Of a DNA stretch of 64,000 nucleotides, positions 37,279-50,869 are shown in pieces. Position 1 is the stretch's first letter. Each line of letters opens with the position of its first letter. The position numbers and the translations under genes were made by a program. A model generated the notes under the pieces. That model saw nothing but the letters and a program-made list of their open reading frames with translations, was not told the origin of the DNA and ran no database searches. The stretch spans positions 9,494,244-9,558,243 of the forward strand of contig NC_057720.1 of assembly GCF_004010195.1 (NCBI RefSeq), in the 5' to 3' direction. The stretch comes from Chiloscyllium plagiosum (lineage: Eukaryota).

Positions 37279-38027
37279 ACATCAAGGAACCAAGCAGAAG
37301 CTATTAGAGTGCAGCTATACAAGTTAGTCACAGGTGTAGATGTTTTCATCCTTTCTGATGTTGAATCATTTTGCAGAAAAGTTCATTATGACTGTCATGC
37401 AAATACCAGGAGGTGTAGAAGTCAAGTTTATAGGACAACTAAATGTAACCCTTTAAAACTGAAACAGAGCAATCACTGGAATCTTACATGCAATTTTAAA
37501 CCAGAGTTTTTCACTGTAAAACCTGTAATAATGTCAATCTGCTTCACAGAGTAGACTAAATCGAAAGATGAGAAAACCAACAAATACTTTTCGGGTCATT
37601 CCCAAGAATGGGGAGGTTCAGGATGATATACTACATCACTCAAAACAAAGCCAGTGTGTCTGTTTTACATCCATACACTTTTTCATCCGCTCCTGTCAAA
37701 AGTAAAGAGGGAAATTCATTCTCTGCTGAAATGGTCACCTGTGGCTGAACTAATAAGCTCGCGCTTGGGGATAGTTCTAGTGTCAAACCCAGCTGATCTA
37801 TGACTGACCTCTTGATGAAGAGTCTCAGTCACTCACAATTTCATGTCACCATTGGTGAGGTTTTGTCTCAACAGGTTTGCCGTACAACATCAAGAATTTT
37901 TCACAAAACAATGTCCTGCAAAAATGGAATGGAGTGGAATGTCATACAGATGGTGTGCTGATCCATAGCTCTGCTCAGGCAGAACATGTCACTCGAGTGC
38001 AAACTGTGCTGGAACCCATACACAAAG

Positions 38028-38430
38028 TAGAATTAGAATTAGAATGAGGTTAATTGTCACACGTACCCATGTACAGAAGTACTGGGATACAGTGAAAAGT
38101 TTACAACGTTGCCTCTCATGGCACCATCTTAGGTACAAAGTACTGAGGTTACAAATCTTAGATACAAAAAGAGAAATAAAGACGAGAAAATTGCATTATC
38201 TGACAGTGTTTCATAATATAAGTTAGAAAATAAGACATACAGGGTAAACATTACAGTCAGATAAACAGATTACGGATAGCCATTGCATTCCAGTGGATCA
38301 GCACAGGGGCTTCCACACATCCTCTGACTGGCCTTGCAAACTGCTGACCACCTTCACCAGTCCCCAGTCCCCATTCTGCTCCGTGTCTCCAGCCTGCTCC
38401 GTTCCTGCTCTCGGCTACTCCACACCGCTC
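38028..38430 (-). mobile_element. Short non-coding retroelement with Rex1/Babar-like tail, inserted in the Gypsy RT
   Basis: (ttctaa)n tail; acacaa on both flanks; similar to 3340-3730. Confidence 0.55.
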
Positions 38431-38619
38431 GACACAAGTGTGAATTCTGTCATCTTGGATGTCAAGTTCCTTTGACAGACTGTAGATTCATCCAGCGCCA
38501 GAGTTGATCCACCGAAGATTAATTCAGTCAAGGAGTTACAGAGCTCCAGATGTTGCCAGCTATGGTAAATCAATAAAGAAAGTTCTTGCCAAACTTAACA
38601 GTCACCAGTGGGCTACTTT

Positions 38620-41102
38620 AGTGATGGAAAGGGACAGCTATATACTGCAGGGCAAGAGTTATAGCTGAGAGAAAGGCAATTACAATGCAATTAGGGAAGA
38701 TTTAGGATGCATAGGATGGGAAGGAAACTGCTGGGGATGGGCACAATTGAAATGTGGAGCTTATCCAAGGACGAGTTACTACACTCTTTGACAAGTATGT
38801 ACCGGTCAGACAGGGAAGAAGTTGTCAAGCGTGGGAGCTGTGGTTTACTAAGGAAGTTGAATCCCTTGTCAAGAGAAAGAAGAAGGCTTATGTTAGGATT
38901 AGATGTGATGGCTCAGTTAGGGCACTTGAGAGTTACAAGTTAACCAGGAAAGACCTAAAGAAATAACTAAGAACAGCCAGGAGGGGACATGAGAAGTCTT
39001 TGGCAGATAGGATCAAGGAAAACTCTAAAGCTTTCTATAGGCATATCAGGAATAAAAGAATGACGAGAGAAAAATTAGGGCCAATCAAGAATAGTAGTGG
39101 GAAGTTGTGCGTGGAGTCTAAGGAGATAGGATATGCTAAATGAATATTTTTTGTCAGTATTCACACAGGAAAAAGACAATGTGAATACAGGCTACTAGAC
39201 TAGATGGGATTGAGGTGCATAAGGAGGAGGTGTGAGCAATTCTGGAAAGTGTAAAAATAGATAAATTCCCCTGGGCCGGTTAGGATTTATCCTCAGATTC
39301 TCTGTGAAACCAGGGAGGTGATTATCAAGCCTTTAGCTTTGACCTTTATGTCATCATTGTCTACAGGAATAGTGCCAGAAGACTGGAGGACAGCAGATGT
39401 TGTTCCCTTGTTCAAGAAGGGCAGTAGAAGATAACCCTGAAAATTATGGACCAGTGATCCTTACTTAGGTTGTGGGAAAAGTGTTGGAAAGGGTTATAAG
39501 AGATAGGATATATAATCATCTAGAAAGGAATAAGTTGTTTAAGGATAGTCAACACAGTTTTGTGAAGAGTAGGTGGTGCTCATAAACTTTACTGAGTTCT
39601 TTGAGAAGGTGAGCAAACAGGTGGATGAAGGTAAAGCGGTTGATGTGGTGTATGTGGATTTCAGTAAAGTGTTTGATAAGTTTAAGACATAGAAGGTGAT
39701 CCGAGGATTAGATAGGGTAGATAGTGAAAGTCTTTTTCCTAGGATGATGATGTCAACTTGTATGAGAGGTCATAGCTACAAATTGAGGGGTAATAGATTT
39801 AAGACAGATGTCAGAGGCAGATTCTTTACTCAGAGATGGTAAGGGCTTGGAATGCCCTGCCTGCTAATGTAGTTAACTCAGCCACATTAGGAAGATTTAA
39901 ACAATCCTTAGATAAGCACATGGATGATGATGGGACAGTGTAGGGGGTTGAGCTTAAGTTAGTTTGCAGGTCAGTGCAACATCGAGGGCCGAAGGGTCTG
40001 TTCTGTGCTGTATTGTTCTATGTTCTATGTTCCCCACGGTAGGCTATTGCACAAAATACTGACGCATGGGATTGAGAGTGATTTAGTGGCTTGGATCAGA
40101 AATTGGCTAGCTGAAAGAAGACAGAGGGTGGTGGTTGATGGGAAATATTCATCCTGAAGATCAGTTACTATTGGTGCACCTCAAGGACCTGTTTTGGGTC
40201 CTCTGTTGTCATATTTATAAATGACCTAGTTGAGGATATAGAAGGATGGGTTAGTAAATTTGCAGATGACACTAAGGTTGGTAAAGTTGTGGATAGTGAT
40301 GAAGGATGTTGTAGGTAACAGAAGGATATAGATAAGCTGCAGAGCTGGGCTGAGACGAGGCAAATGGAGTTTAATGCGGAAAAGTATAAGGTGATTCACT
40401 TTGAGAGGAATAACAGGAATGCAGAGTACTGGGCTAATGTGTCGATGAGCAGAGAGATCTCAGTGTCAGATTGGTAGTCTTGTTAAGAAGGCATGTGTTG
40501 TGTTCGCTTTTATTCATAGAGGTTTTGAGTTTCAGAACCATGAGGTCATGCTGCAGATGTGGCCACACTTGGAGTATTATGTACAGTTCTGGTCACCGCA
40601 TTATAGGAAGGATGTGGAAGCTTTGGAAAGAGTTCAGAGGAAATTTACTAGGATGTTGCCTGGTATGGAGGGAAGATCTAATGAGGAAAGGCTGAGGGAC
40701 TTGAGGCTTTTTTCCTTAGAGAGAAGAAGATTGAGAGGTGACTTAATTGACACAGAAAGATAATCAGAGGTTTTGAGAAGGTGGACAGTGAGAGCCTTTT
40801 TCCTTGGATGGCGATGACTACCACGAGGGCACATCACTTTATGTTGAGGGGTGATAGATATAGGACAGATGTGAGAGGTAGTTTCTTTACTCAGAGAGTA
40901 GTAGGGAAATGGAACTCGCTGCCTGCAACAAAATTAGACTCGCCAACTTTACAGGCATTTAAATAGTCATTGCATAGGCATATGGATGAGCATGGAATAG
41001 TGTAGGTTAGGTGGGCTTCAGATTGATTTCACAGGGCGGCGCAACATTGAGGGCCAAGGGGCCTGTACTGAGCTGTAATGTTGTATGTTGTATGTTCTAT
41101 GT
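38620..41102 (+). mobile_element. CR1 LINE ORF2 remnant with a nested CR1 tail (about 39682-40030)
   Basis: gtttgataag | ... | gttccccacgg rejoins FDKVPH; FADDTK at about 40260. Confidence 0.9.
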
Positions 41103-42006
41103 CAACGGTTACAAGACAATACATGATGCTGGGAGAAAGCACAAGAGATATATTGTGAGAAAATCAGAGATGTTGATATCACACTATGACTAAGTGGTAC
41201 GTAGCATTCAAGCAGCCATTGTGCCTTCTATAGAACTGAAAGCTTTACTCTTTCAGATACAAACATTGGGGAGCATTGATCACCTTCTTGTGCATCTCAT
41301 TCACTGACAGAGGCTGAACAGAGATGTGCAATGATACAGAAAGAAGCACGAGCTGCTATGTGAGCTTGTGAAAAAGTTGCTGATTATTTTTCTGATCTTT
41401 CAATTCAAGATAGAGTCAGATCAGAACCTCTTAGAGATAACCTTAAATTGTAAACGGCTGGCAAAAAAGCTTGCATGAAAATAATTCAGACTGAGGTTGA
41501 TAAGGTCTGATGCAAAAACAGAGTGCATTCTGGAAAAGCAGCTGATTACTGCATAATGATATTTGTCCATAACCTCCGTGACAAGACCTGAACAAGGCAA
41601 TGTAGTCTCTGTTGATGAGGTAGAAGCCTTCATATCAATAAAAAGCACAACTCAACCAGCAACAATTCAGTAACTGAATGAAATTAGTGATTTACACAAG
41701 TTTATTGAATTTGCTCAGGTCAGAGAATACTCCACCAAAGGGTTGCCAGCGGACATGCCATACAAACCCATTCTCAGATATCAAACAGCAAGGATTCTCA
41801 ATCTACCAATTTTGTCAATGTTAGGTCATTCTGAGAGACCTGAGACTCAAAATATACTGCAGCAATTGCAACAAGGCTATCCAAGTACTGAGCTAGAGCA
41901 GACTGTCAACATGGTAGCTAGGTCAAAGTGATTGGAAGAGATGATGTCAGGTTGTATACTATACCACTCATCAGCTCAGGAGACAAGGGAACCATTTAAT
42001 GTCATT

Positions 42007-43792
42007 ACATAGAACATAGAACATAGAACAGTACAGCACAGTATAGGCCCTTCGGCCCTTGATGTTGCATCAACCTTTTATCCCACTCTAAGATCAGACT
42101 AACCTACACACCCTACATTTTACTATCATCCATGTGCCTATCCAAGAGTCGCTTAAATGTCCCTAATGTATCTGACTCAACTATCATTGCTGTCAGTGCA
42201 TTCCACCTACCCACCACTCTCTGTGTAAAGAACCTACCTTTGACATCACCCCTAAACCTTCCTCCAATCACCTTAAAATGATGCCACTTTGTGATAGACA
42301 TTTCCACCATTGAAAAAAGTCTCTGTCTGTCCACTCTGTTTATGCCTCTCATCATTTTGTGCACCTCTATCAAGTCACCTCTTGTTTATCTTTGTTCCAA
42401 CCAGAATTACAGGCATTTCATTACAGCTCCCTCAATCTTTCTTCATAAGACATGTTCTCCAGTCCAGGCAGCATTCTGGTAAATCTCCTATGTGCCCTCT
42501 TTAAAGTTTCCACATCCTTCCCATAATGAAGCCATCAGAACTGAACACAATATTCCAAGTGTGGTCTAATCAGGGCTCTATAGAGTTGTAGAATAATCTT
42601 GTGGCTCTTAAATTCAATCTCCCTGTTAATGAAAGCCAACACACCATACGCCTGCTTGACAACCCTATCAACTTCGGTGGCAACTTTAAAGGATCTATGG
42701 ACATGGACCCCAAGATCCCTCTGTTCCTCCACACTGACAAGAATCCTGCCTTTAACTTTGTATTCTGCATTAACATTTGATCTTCCAAAATGAATCACTT
42801 CACACTTTTCCAGGTTGAGCTTCATCTGCCACCTATCAGCCCAGTTCTGTATCCTGTCAATGTCCCGGAACAATCTACAACAGCCCTCCACACTATCTAC
42901 CACTCCAGCAACCTTTGTGTCATCAGAAAACTTACTAACCCACCAGTTCACTTCCTTATCCAAGTCATTTATAAAAATCACATAGAGCAGAGGTCCCAAA
43001 ACTGATCCCTGTGGAACACCACTGGTCACTGAACTCCAGGTTGAATATTTCCTATCTACCATCACCCCCCTGTCTTCTAAAGGCCAGCCAATTCTGTACC
43101 CAGACAGCCAAATTTCCCTGTATCCCATGCCTCCTTACTTTCTGAATGAGCCTACCATAGGGAACCTCATCAAACACCTTGCTAAAATCCAGATACACCA
43201 TAACCACTGCTCTACCTTCATCAATGTATTTTGTCACATCCTCAAAGAATTCAATAAGGTTTGTGAGGCATGACCTGCCCCTCTCAAAGCCATGCTGACT
43301 ATCTCTAATCAAACTATGGTTTTCCAAGTAATCATAAATCCTGTCTCTCAGAATCCTCTCCAATACGTTACCCACCACAGAAGTGAGACTGACTGGTCTA
43401 TAATTCCCAGTGTTATCCCTATTCCCTTTCTTGAACAAGGGAATAACATTTGCCCCCTTCCAATCATCTGGCACTAGTCCAGTGGGGATGCAAAGATCAT
43501 TACCAAAGGCGCAGCAATCTCTTCCCTTGCTTCCCGTAGTATCCCATCTGGCCCAGGGGATTTATCTATCCTTATGATTTTCAAAATTTTCAACACATCC
43601 TCCTTCTTAACATCAATCTGTTCAAGCATATCAGTCTGTTTCATACTGTCCTCAGAAATGTCAATGTCCCTCTCAGTAGTGAATAATGAAGCAAAGTATT
43701 TATCCCCTACCTCCTCTGACTCCAGGCAGAAATTCCCTCCACTATCCCTGATCGGCCCTACCCTCACTCTGGTCATCCTCTTGTTGCTCACA
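42007..43792 (-). mobile_element. CR1 LINE ORF2 3' half
   Basis: NYRPVSLTSVVG, QHGF, YLDFSKVFD, GVPQGSVLGP, FSDDTK. Confidence 0.93.
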
Positions 43793-44245
43793 GAAGTAGA
43801 CTGCCTTAGGCTTTTCCTTAATCCTACCTGCTTTGTGCTTTCCACACGAGACCGTAGGAACATCTTGGGATGAACTGCTTCAAACAAAAAGGGAAAATGT
43901 ACAAGATAGTACAAGGTGGCCAGTCCAGATGGACAGAAGTTGAGAAACTGCAGAATCACAAATCTGAACAGGATTATGTAATTGGAGATGGTCTTTCCAA
44001 CTCATGGCATCAGATAATTTCTAATCTCAGACAATGGGATACTGTTTGTTGATGGATACCTTAAAGAATTCATATGGATTTGTTCACACTATCACCTCAC
44101 CAAGTTGACCTCAGCAAACAGTGATTGGAAAGAGGCGTGTGCACACAGTTAAAGCATTGTTGATATCAAACTCTTGCACTTTGCTTGCGATTCTGAGCTA
44201 TTGTGCAACTCCACCTGAAATGCAACTCCTTGTGGGAACACAGAT

Positions 44246-44660
44246 CTATTTTCCCGGGAGTATTGGTGGCTGAGGGGTGAACTTATAGAGATTTACAAAA
44301 GTTTGAGGGGCATGGATAGGGTGAATAGCCAAGGTCTTTTCCCTATGATGGAGAAGTCCAAAACTAGAGGACATAGATGCTAGGTGAGAGGGGAAAGATT
44401 TAAAAGGGACAGAAGAGGCAACCTTTTCTTGCAGACAATGGTGTGTGTGCAGAATGAGCTGCTGGAGGAAGTGGTGGAGGCTGGTACAATTACAACATTT
44501 AAAATGCACCTGGGTGGGTAAATAAAAAGGAAGGGTTTAGAACGATATGGACCAAATGCTGGAAAATGGGTTTAGATTAATTTAGGATATCTAGTCAGCA
44601 TGGATGGGTTGGACTGAAGGGTCTGTTTCCATGCTATACATCTCTATGGCTCGATGATTC
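44246..44660 (+). mobile_element. CR1 LINE 3' fragment
   Basis: ggctgaggggtgaacttatagag...gaagggtctgtttccatgct. Confidence 0.88.
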
Positions 44661-45611
44661 AAACCCTACTCTCCCACACAGGTTCATGCTATGTTGCAAG
44701 ACTCTGACTTGAGGAAAAAAGTGAAGAAAAAGGAGAATAAGGACCATTCTCGACACACATTGCACTATAATCGACACCATGCGACCTACGGGGCCACCAA
44801 TTCAGAGATCCAGTTTGCATTTGAGACCAACCTGGTTTGAACAATTACATCTTTTTCAGCTAACGTTTTCTTTCCCTTCAAAGACTGAAAATATTCTTTA
44901 GCAGAAAAGCAAGACCAAGAATATTATTAAGTAAATGTTTCTGATCTCCCCCTCTGGCTCTTATTTTAAGATTACATCTATTAACTCTTGCTGTCTCCTA
45001 AGACAGAGAAAATAGTTTCTCAGTGTTGATCTTATCAAACCATTCTAACCTTTTAAACCTTTCAATTTGATCATCACCTCAATCTTCAATATGCAAATCG
45101 CATCAAGTTCTTACTGTTTCAGTCCTCACACAGAAAAGGTATGCGGCCATTGATTTGAAGTAAAACCATTTTTAAACCTTCAAAATCAAAAAATGAACGC
45201 TTTATGTAAATCAGCCACAGATTCTCCGACAGAATGGCAGACAATAATACAATCATAGGATATTGATCAATTTATAACCTAATCAGGATTTACTCGCACA
45301 CTTCCAGAGACATCATATTAAAATAGCTAAGAGCATTCTATCTGTTTAACTCCTTGTCTACGTTGCGAGCTGTTCACAGCCACCAGGCCACTGGCCTGAG
45401 CATCATTGAAAACGATTCCCGCTCGTGTTTACGCAGTGATGCTGAATGTGATGGCACAGTTCATTTCTTCAACGCACTCCACATCCTCTTTACAGACATC
45501 AACACAACTCCACTGTTTACTTCAGAATAGTTCGCTGAAGTTTTTTATCAACAGGACAAAAACAAGATCGGCAAATTTAGACAATGACAACAGCAGAAGA
45601 AAGCACTGATT

Positions 45612-47356
45612 AATGGGGGAGATACTAAACGAGTATTTTTTTTTAGATTAGATTCCCGACAGTGTGGAAACAGGCCCTTCGGCCCAATAAGTCCACACCC
45701 ACCGACCCCTCCTCTGACTAATGCAGCTAACAACTATGGACAACTTAGTATGGCCAATTCACCTGATCTGCACATCTTTGGACTGTGGGAGGTAAGCAGA
45801 CCACCCAGAGGAAACCCACGCAGACACAGGGAGAATGTGTAAACGCCACACAGACAGTCACCCGAGGTGGGAATTGAACCCAGGTTCCTGGCGCTGTGAG
45901 GCAGCAGTGCTAACTACTGAGCCACCATGCCACCCAGTATTTTACATCAGTATTTACTGTGGAAAAGGATATAGAAGATATAGAATGTAGGGAAATAGAT
46001 GGTGACATCTTGCAAAAGGTCCATATTACAGAGGAGGAAGTGCTGGATGTCTTGAAACGCATAATGGTGGATAAATCCCCAGGACCTGATCAGGTGTGCC
46101 CTAGAACTCTGTGGGAAGCTAGAGAAATGATTGCTGGGCGTCTTGCTGAGATATTTGTATCATCGATAGTCACAGGTGAGGTGCCTGAAGACTGGAGGTT
46201 GGCTAACGTGGTGCCACTGTTTAAGAAGGGTGTTGAGGACAAGCCAGGGAACTATAGACCAGCGAGCCTGACCTCGGTGGTGGGCAAGTTGTTGGAGGGA
46301 ACCCTGATGGACAGGATGTACATGCATTTGGAAAGGCAGGGACTGATTAGGGATAGTCAATATAGTTTTGTGCATGGAAAATCATGTCTCACAAACTTGA
46401 TTGAGTTTTTTGAAGAAGTAACAAAGAGGATTGATATGGGCAGAGTGGTAGAGGTGATCGATATGACTTCAGTAAGGCTTTCGATAAGGTTCCCATGGGA
46501 GACTGGTTAGGAAGGTTAGATCTCATGGAATACAGGGAGAACTAGCCATTTGGATACAGAACTGACTCAAAGTTAGAAGACAGAGGGTGGTGGTGGAGGG
46601 TTGTTTTTCAGACCGGAGGCCTGTGACCAATGGAGTGCCACAAGGATCAGTGTTGGGTCCTCTACTTTTTGTCATTTACATAAATGATTTGGATGCGATC
46701 ATAAGAGGTACAGTTAGTAAGTTTGGAGATGACAGGTGTAGTGGACAGCGAAGAAGGTTACCTCAGATTACAACAGGTTCTTGACCAGTTAGGCCAATAG
46801 GCTGAGAAGTGGCAGATGGAGTTTAATTCAGTTAAATGTGAGGTACTGCATTTTGGGAAAGCAAATCTTAGCAGGACTTATACACTTAATGGTAAGGTCC
46901 TAGAGAGTGTTGCTGAACAAAGAGACCTTGGAATGCAGGTTCATAGCTCCTTGAAAGTGGAGTCGCAGGTAGAAAGGATAGTGAAGAAGGCATTTGGTAT
47001 GCTTTCCTTTATTGGTCAGAGTACTGAGTACAGGAGTTGGGAGGTCATGTTGCGGCTGTACAGAACATTGGTTAGGCCACTTATAGAATATTGCGTGCAA
47101 TTCTGGTCTCCTTCCTATCGTAAAGATTTTGTGAAACTTGAAAGGGTTCAGAAAAGATTTGCAAGGATGCTGCCAGGGTTGGACGATTTGAGCTATAGGA
47201 AGAGTTTGAATGGCTGGGGCTGTTTTCCCTGGAGCGTCGGAGGTTGAGGGGTGACCTTATAGAGGTTTACAAAATCATGAGGGGCATGGATAGGATAAAT
47301 AGGCAAAGTCTTTTCCCTGGGGTCAGGGAGTCCAGAACTAGAGGGCATAGGTTTAA
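45612..47356 (+). mobile_element. CR1 LINE ORF2 remnant with HE1 SINE (-) at 45643-45935
   Basis: DKSPGPD, NYRPASLTSVVGK, PQGSVLGP; SINE flanked by agtatttt at 45632-45639 and 45936-45943. Confidence 0.92.
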
Positions 47357-47520
47357 TTGGAAGCACACTAGCTTTCAGAGTGCCACTCCTTCATCAGGTG
47401 GTTGTGAGTGGCGCTCCAAAAGCTAGTGTGCTTCCAATTAAACCTGTTGGACTATAATCTAGTGTTGTGTGATTTTTAACTTTGTACACCCCAGTCCAAC
47501 ACCGGCATCTCCAAATCATG
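47349..47520. mobile_element. Self-inverted family B insert
   Basis: aggtttaattggaagcacactagcttt ... aaagctagtgtgcttccaattaaacct. Confidence 0.88.
47366..47400 (-). ncRNA. Minimal type I hammerhead ribozyme motif, family B
   Basis: cac CTGATGA a GGAGT ggc ACTCT GAAA gc TA gtg. Confidence 0.7.
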
Positions 47521-48429
47521 CAGCAGAAGGTCACAATAATTTTCTTATTGAATTAAAATACAACTAACGAAATCCAGCCCCAATATCATTCTTCCCCACA
47601 ACCCAGGTCATGCTTGCAAGAGTTAATTTTCAGCAGATCTGACCTATTTTCTGCTTTTAACTTCTTTCTTAACTCTAACACTGAACCTTATCCTAACTCA
47701 CATTTTTCATTTATATCTCATAGAGTCATAGAGATGTACAGCACGTGGGTCAGTAACCAGGGGATACAAGTCTGAAATATTGACATAAGACCCATGGAAG
47801 AAAAGAAGATTTCTTTTGGAAATAGGAAGCTATTTGGTTTTGGAACTTGCTGCCTGAAAAGGAGGTGGAGCCAGATCAAATCAGAACTTTCAAAAGGGAA
47901 TGGGATAAATATTTGAAAAGGGTAAAAAAGAGGAGAGTGGAATCAATTGGACAACTCTCCTAGCAGAAACATAATGGACCCAAGAACCTCCGTGTGTGCC
48001 ACGCAACTCTCTCATTCTATTCAACAGCTCAGGTAAGCCTCTTGTTAGGGATTTAGTTTTAATGCTTCATCTACAGTGCAGTGGTTCAAACAGTGCAGCA
48101 TTCCATCAGTACCATGATCAAGTGTCATACCTGTTTATCTCCTCAAGCCCACAGTGAATTTGGGCGCTTCACCTCAGTTGGGAATTTGAAGGCAGGAAGT
48201 TGAAGAGGAGAATTGAAGGACCAAGATCATTTTGAATGGTGGAATAGGTTCCCTAAGAGCTAAATGCCCTACCCCTGCTCCTATTGTCTGTGTTTCTATT
48301 AAGGGAATATTTTTCACTCAGGGATTGGTGGGAGTCTGGAACTCACTGCCTGAAAGGGCTGGGTTGGAATGGAAAAACTCTTCAAATTTAAGCAGCAAAA
48401 GCCAAAGGGGGTGATAATGGTATTCAACA

Positions 48430-49048
48430 GGAGGCTGAGGGGTGACCTTATAGAGGTTTATAAAATCGTGAGGGGCATGGATAGGATAAATAGACAAAGT
48501 CTTTTCCCTGGGGTGGGGGAGTCCAGAACTAGAGGGCATAGGTTTAGGGTGAGAGGGGAAAGATATAAAAGAGATCTAAGGGGCAGGTTTTTCATGCAGA
48601 GGGTGGTACATGTATAGAATGAGCTGCCAGAGAAAGTGGTGGAGGTTGGTACATTTGCAACATTTAAAAGGCATCTGGACAGGTATATGAATAGGAAGGG
48701 TCTCGATTAGAGTGGTGCTGGAAAAGCACAGTTGGTCAGGCAGCAGCCGAGGAGCATGAAAATTGATGTTTGGGCAAAAGCCCTTGATGAAGGGCCTATG
48801 CCCGAAACGTCGATTTTCCCGCTCCTCGGATGCTGCCTGACCTGCTGTGCTTTTCCAGCACCACTCTAATCTAGACTCTGGTTTCCAGCATCTGCAGTCC
48901 TTGTTTGTACCTGTATGAATAGGGAGGGTTTGGAGGGATAAGGGCCAGGTGCTGGCAGGTGGGACTAGATTGGGGTGGAATATCTGGTCGGCATGGACGG
49001 GCTGGACTGAAGGGTCCGTTTCCGTGCTGTACGCCTCTGTAACTATAT

Positions 49049-49082
<34 letters not shown>

Positions 49083-49085
49083 CTA
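48430..49085 (+). mobile_element. CR1 3' fragment ending in (TA)n at 49052-49080
   Basis: RRLRGDLIEVYKIVRGMDR...RTRGHRFRVRGER. Confidence 0.9.
48702..48913. mobile_element. Self-inverted family A insert
   Basis: gggcaaaagccctt | gatgaagggcctatgcccgaaacgtc; TSD tatgaatagg(a/g)agggt at 48686-48701 and 48914-48929. Confidence 0.9.
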
Positions 49086-50149
49086 TAATTCCATGTGACA
49101 ACAATGAATGAATGAAATAACTATCTGCTTGGCAAATGTCAGGATAATTGCAAGCTTTTCCTTTCTCAAAAAAAGCCTGGAAAATTTAAACTGTGAAACG
49201 TAGATGCTCTCAATCCGAATGAACAGGACAGACTGCTGGATTCTTAAAGAGGGGAAAGAAAAATGCTTTGTGCTTGCCAAAGTATATTAAGGGAGAAAAT
49301 ACTGGGAGTAATTACAGTGATTGAGAAACAACACCATTACAGAGTAGATTAGGCCCCAAACAACTGTTAGAGAGACGGCAGTTGAGAGAAAATTAAAATG
49401 GTTCGTGCATCTGATTTACGTGAGCCTTAGTTAGAACTCCCTGGTTGGCAATGAAATGGTAAGTGACCAGAAAAAGAGGTAGAGGGAGCCATAAAAAGAT
49501 ATTTGACAGATTATGTGCAGAAGGAAGCTCTTTCCAAGCGGGAATAATTTGGCAGCAGCACTGGCAGGAGCATGAAAGGCTTGGCAAATCTTTATTCAAC
49601 CTCATCATCTTTCCTGGTGAGAAAGATAGGAGGAGTAAGTGAGAGGCAGGTGGGTGGATCTCGACTTCAGGCAGGCCTGCAATGAGGAGGAGCTGTTTTT
49701 ACACTGCACCCGTGTGGGCTTTCTTCCATTTGAGTCACAAGGAATCAATCTCAGGTGTGATACAAAACAGGTTCACAAGCGATAGCAATGACTTAGACTT
49801 TGGAATCAAAATGTAACCAAAGTTGCTGTTACAAAGCGTGGGTTTTGCCTTCCCTCAGTCTTCATGAATTTAGGTGAATGTGATGGCTTAATTGGGCCAA
49901 AGTTCAAAGTTCGAATACTTGCATTGAGTTGAAATGTCAGAATTAAGTCCTTCATCTCTTGGCGATGAGATAACTGTCTCACAATCATGTACTTACACCG
50001 TATTATGCGGTGGTGGCATAGTTGTAACATCATTAATCAAGTAATCTAGAGTTTCCAGGCCAAAGTTCTGAGGATGTGGGTTCGAGCATTTGAGTCCCAT
50101 TACAATCTTGCCTAATCGTGAACATATAACTCTCGATTGCCATAACAAG

Positions 50150-50430
50150 CCATGGTGGCTCAGTGGTTAGCACTGCTGCCTCACAGTTCCAGGGACCTGG
50201 GTTTGATGCCAGCCTGTGTGGAATTTGTATGTTCTCCCGGTGTCTGTGTGGGCTTCCTCCAATTGTTCTGATTTCCTCCCAAGATGTGCAGGTGTAGGTG
50301 GATTGGCCATGTTACAGTGTTCAGGCTAAGCCGATAAGCCTTGGGAAATACCGGATTTCAGGGATAGGGTAGACAGGTGGATCTGGGCGAGATGCTGTTC
50401 AGAGGGTCAGTATGAACCACAGGGATTCTA
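50150..50430 (+). mobile_element. HE1-type V-SINE (diverged)
   Basis: ggtggctcagtggttagcactgctgcctcacag. Confidence 0.8.
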
Positions 50431-50869
50431 TAATCCAATTCAGCAATGCTTTTGAGGGAAGAGAATCTCCTCCCCTTAAGTGTTGTGGCCTTTGCATGAC
50501 TCCAGACCCACAGCAAGGTGGCTGCCTTTTGAAATGACCTAGGAAGCTACTCTGTACCTGGGTAATAAATGCTGAACTTCAGCAGTATTGGCATACCCAG
50601 TCTGTGAATGAAGTAAAAATAACAGTCAGACCAGAATTTCCTTCCGCTGACCATGTGAGATACTCAAATGTATAAACCAAGTGGGTAACCTATGGCCTCC
50701 AGTTTGTTGTTCCTCTTTGCTTTAGATGAACCTGCTCCAACTGCATTAGGTTATCAGAAAATCTACCATTCAGTCTAGACAGGAGGGCCAAGGCAAGTTA
50801 GCACTGGTCTGAGGAGGGTGTCTGAGAACATCAAAGACATTGGCACCTTGATACACAGGAGCTGGAGGG

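Larger units (their letters stand above)
35930..44790 (+). mobile_element. Decayed Ty3/Gypsy LTR retrotransposon internal region (gag-RT-RH-IN), split by at least 5 later insertions
   Basis: gag KELIRNKIVVKV*DEAWSDHLQ (about 36490); RT NGVECHTDGVLIH...EHVTRVQTVL (about 37930); RNase H ASHSLTEAEQRCAMIQKEA..*ACEK (41292); integrase SRWTEV, LISDNG, YGFVHTITSP (43920-44105). LTR pair not found. Confidence 0.8.

Noticed and set aside
47377..47389. GGAGT/ACTCT as a true compensatory change in family B stem II
   Set aside because: Both changes can arise from CpG deamination, so this is not independent evidence of selection.
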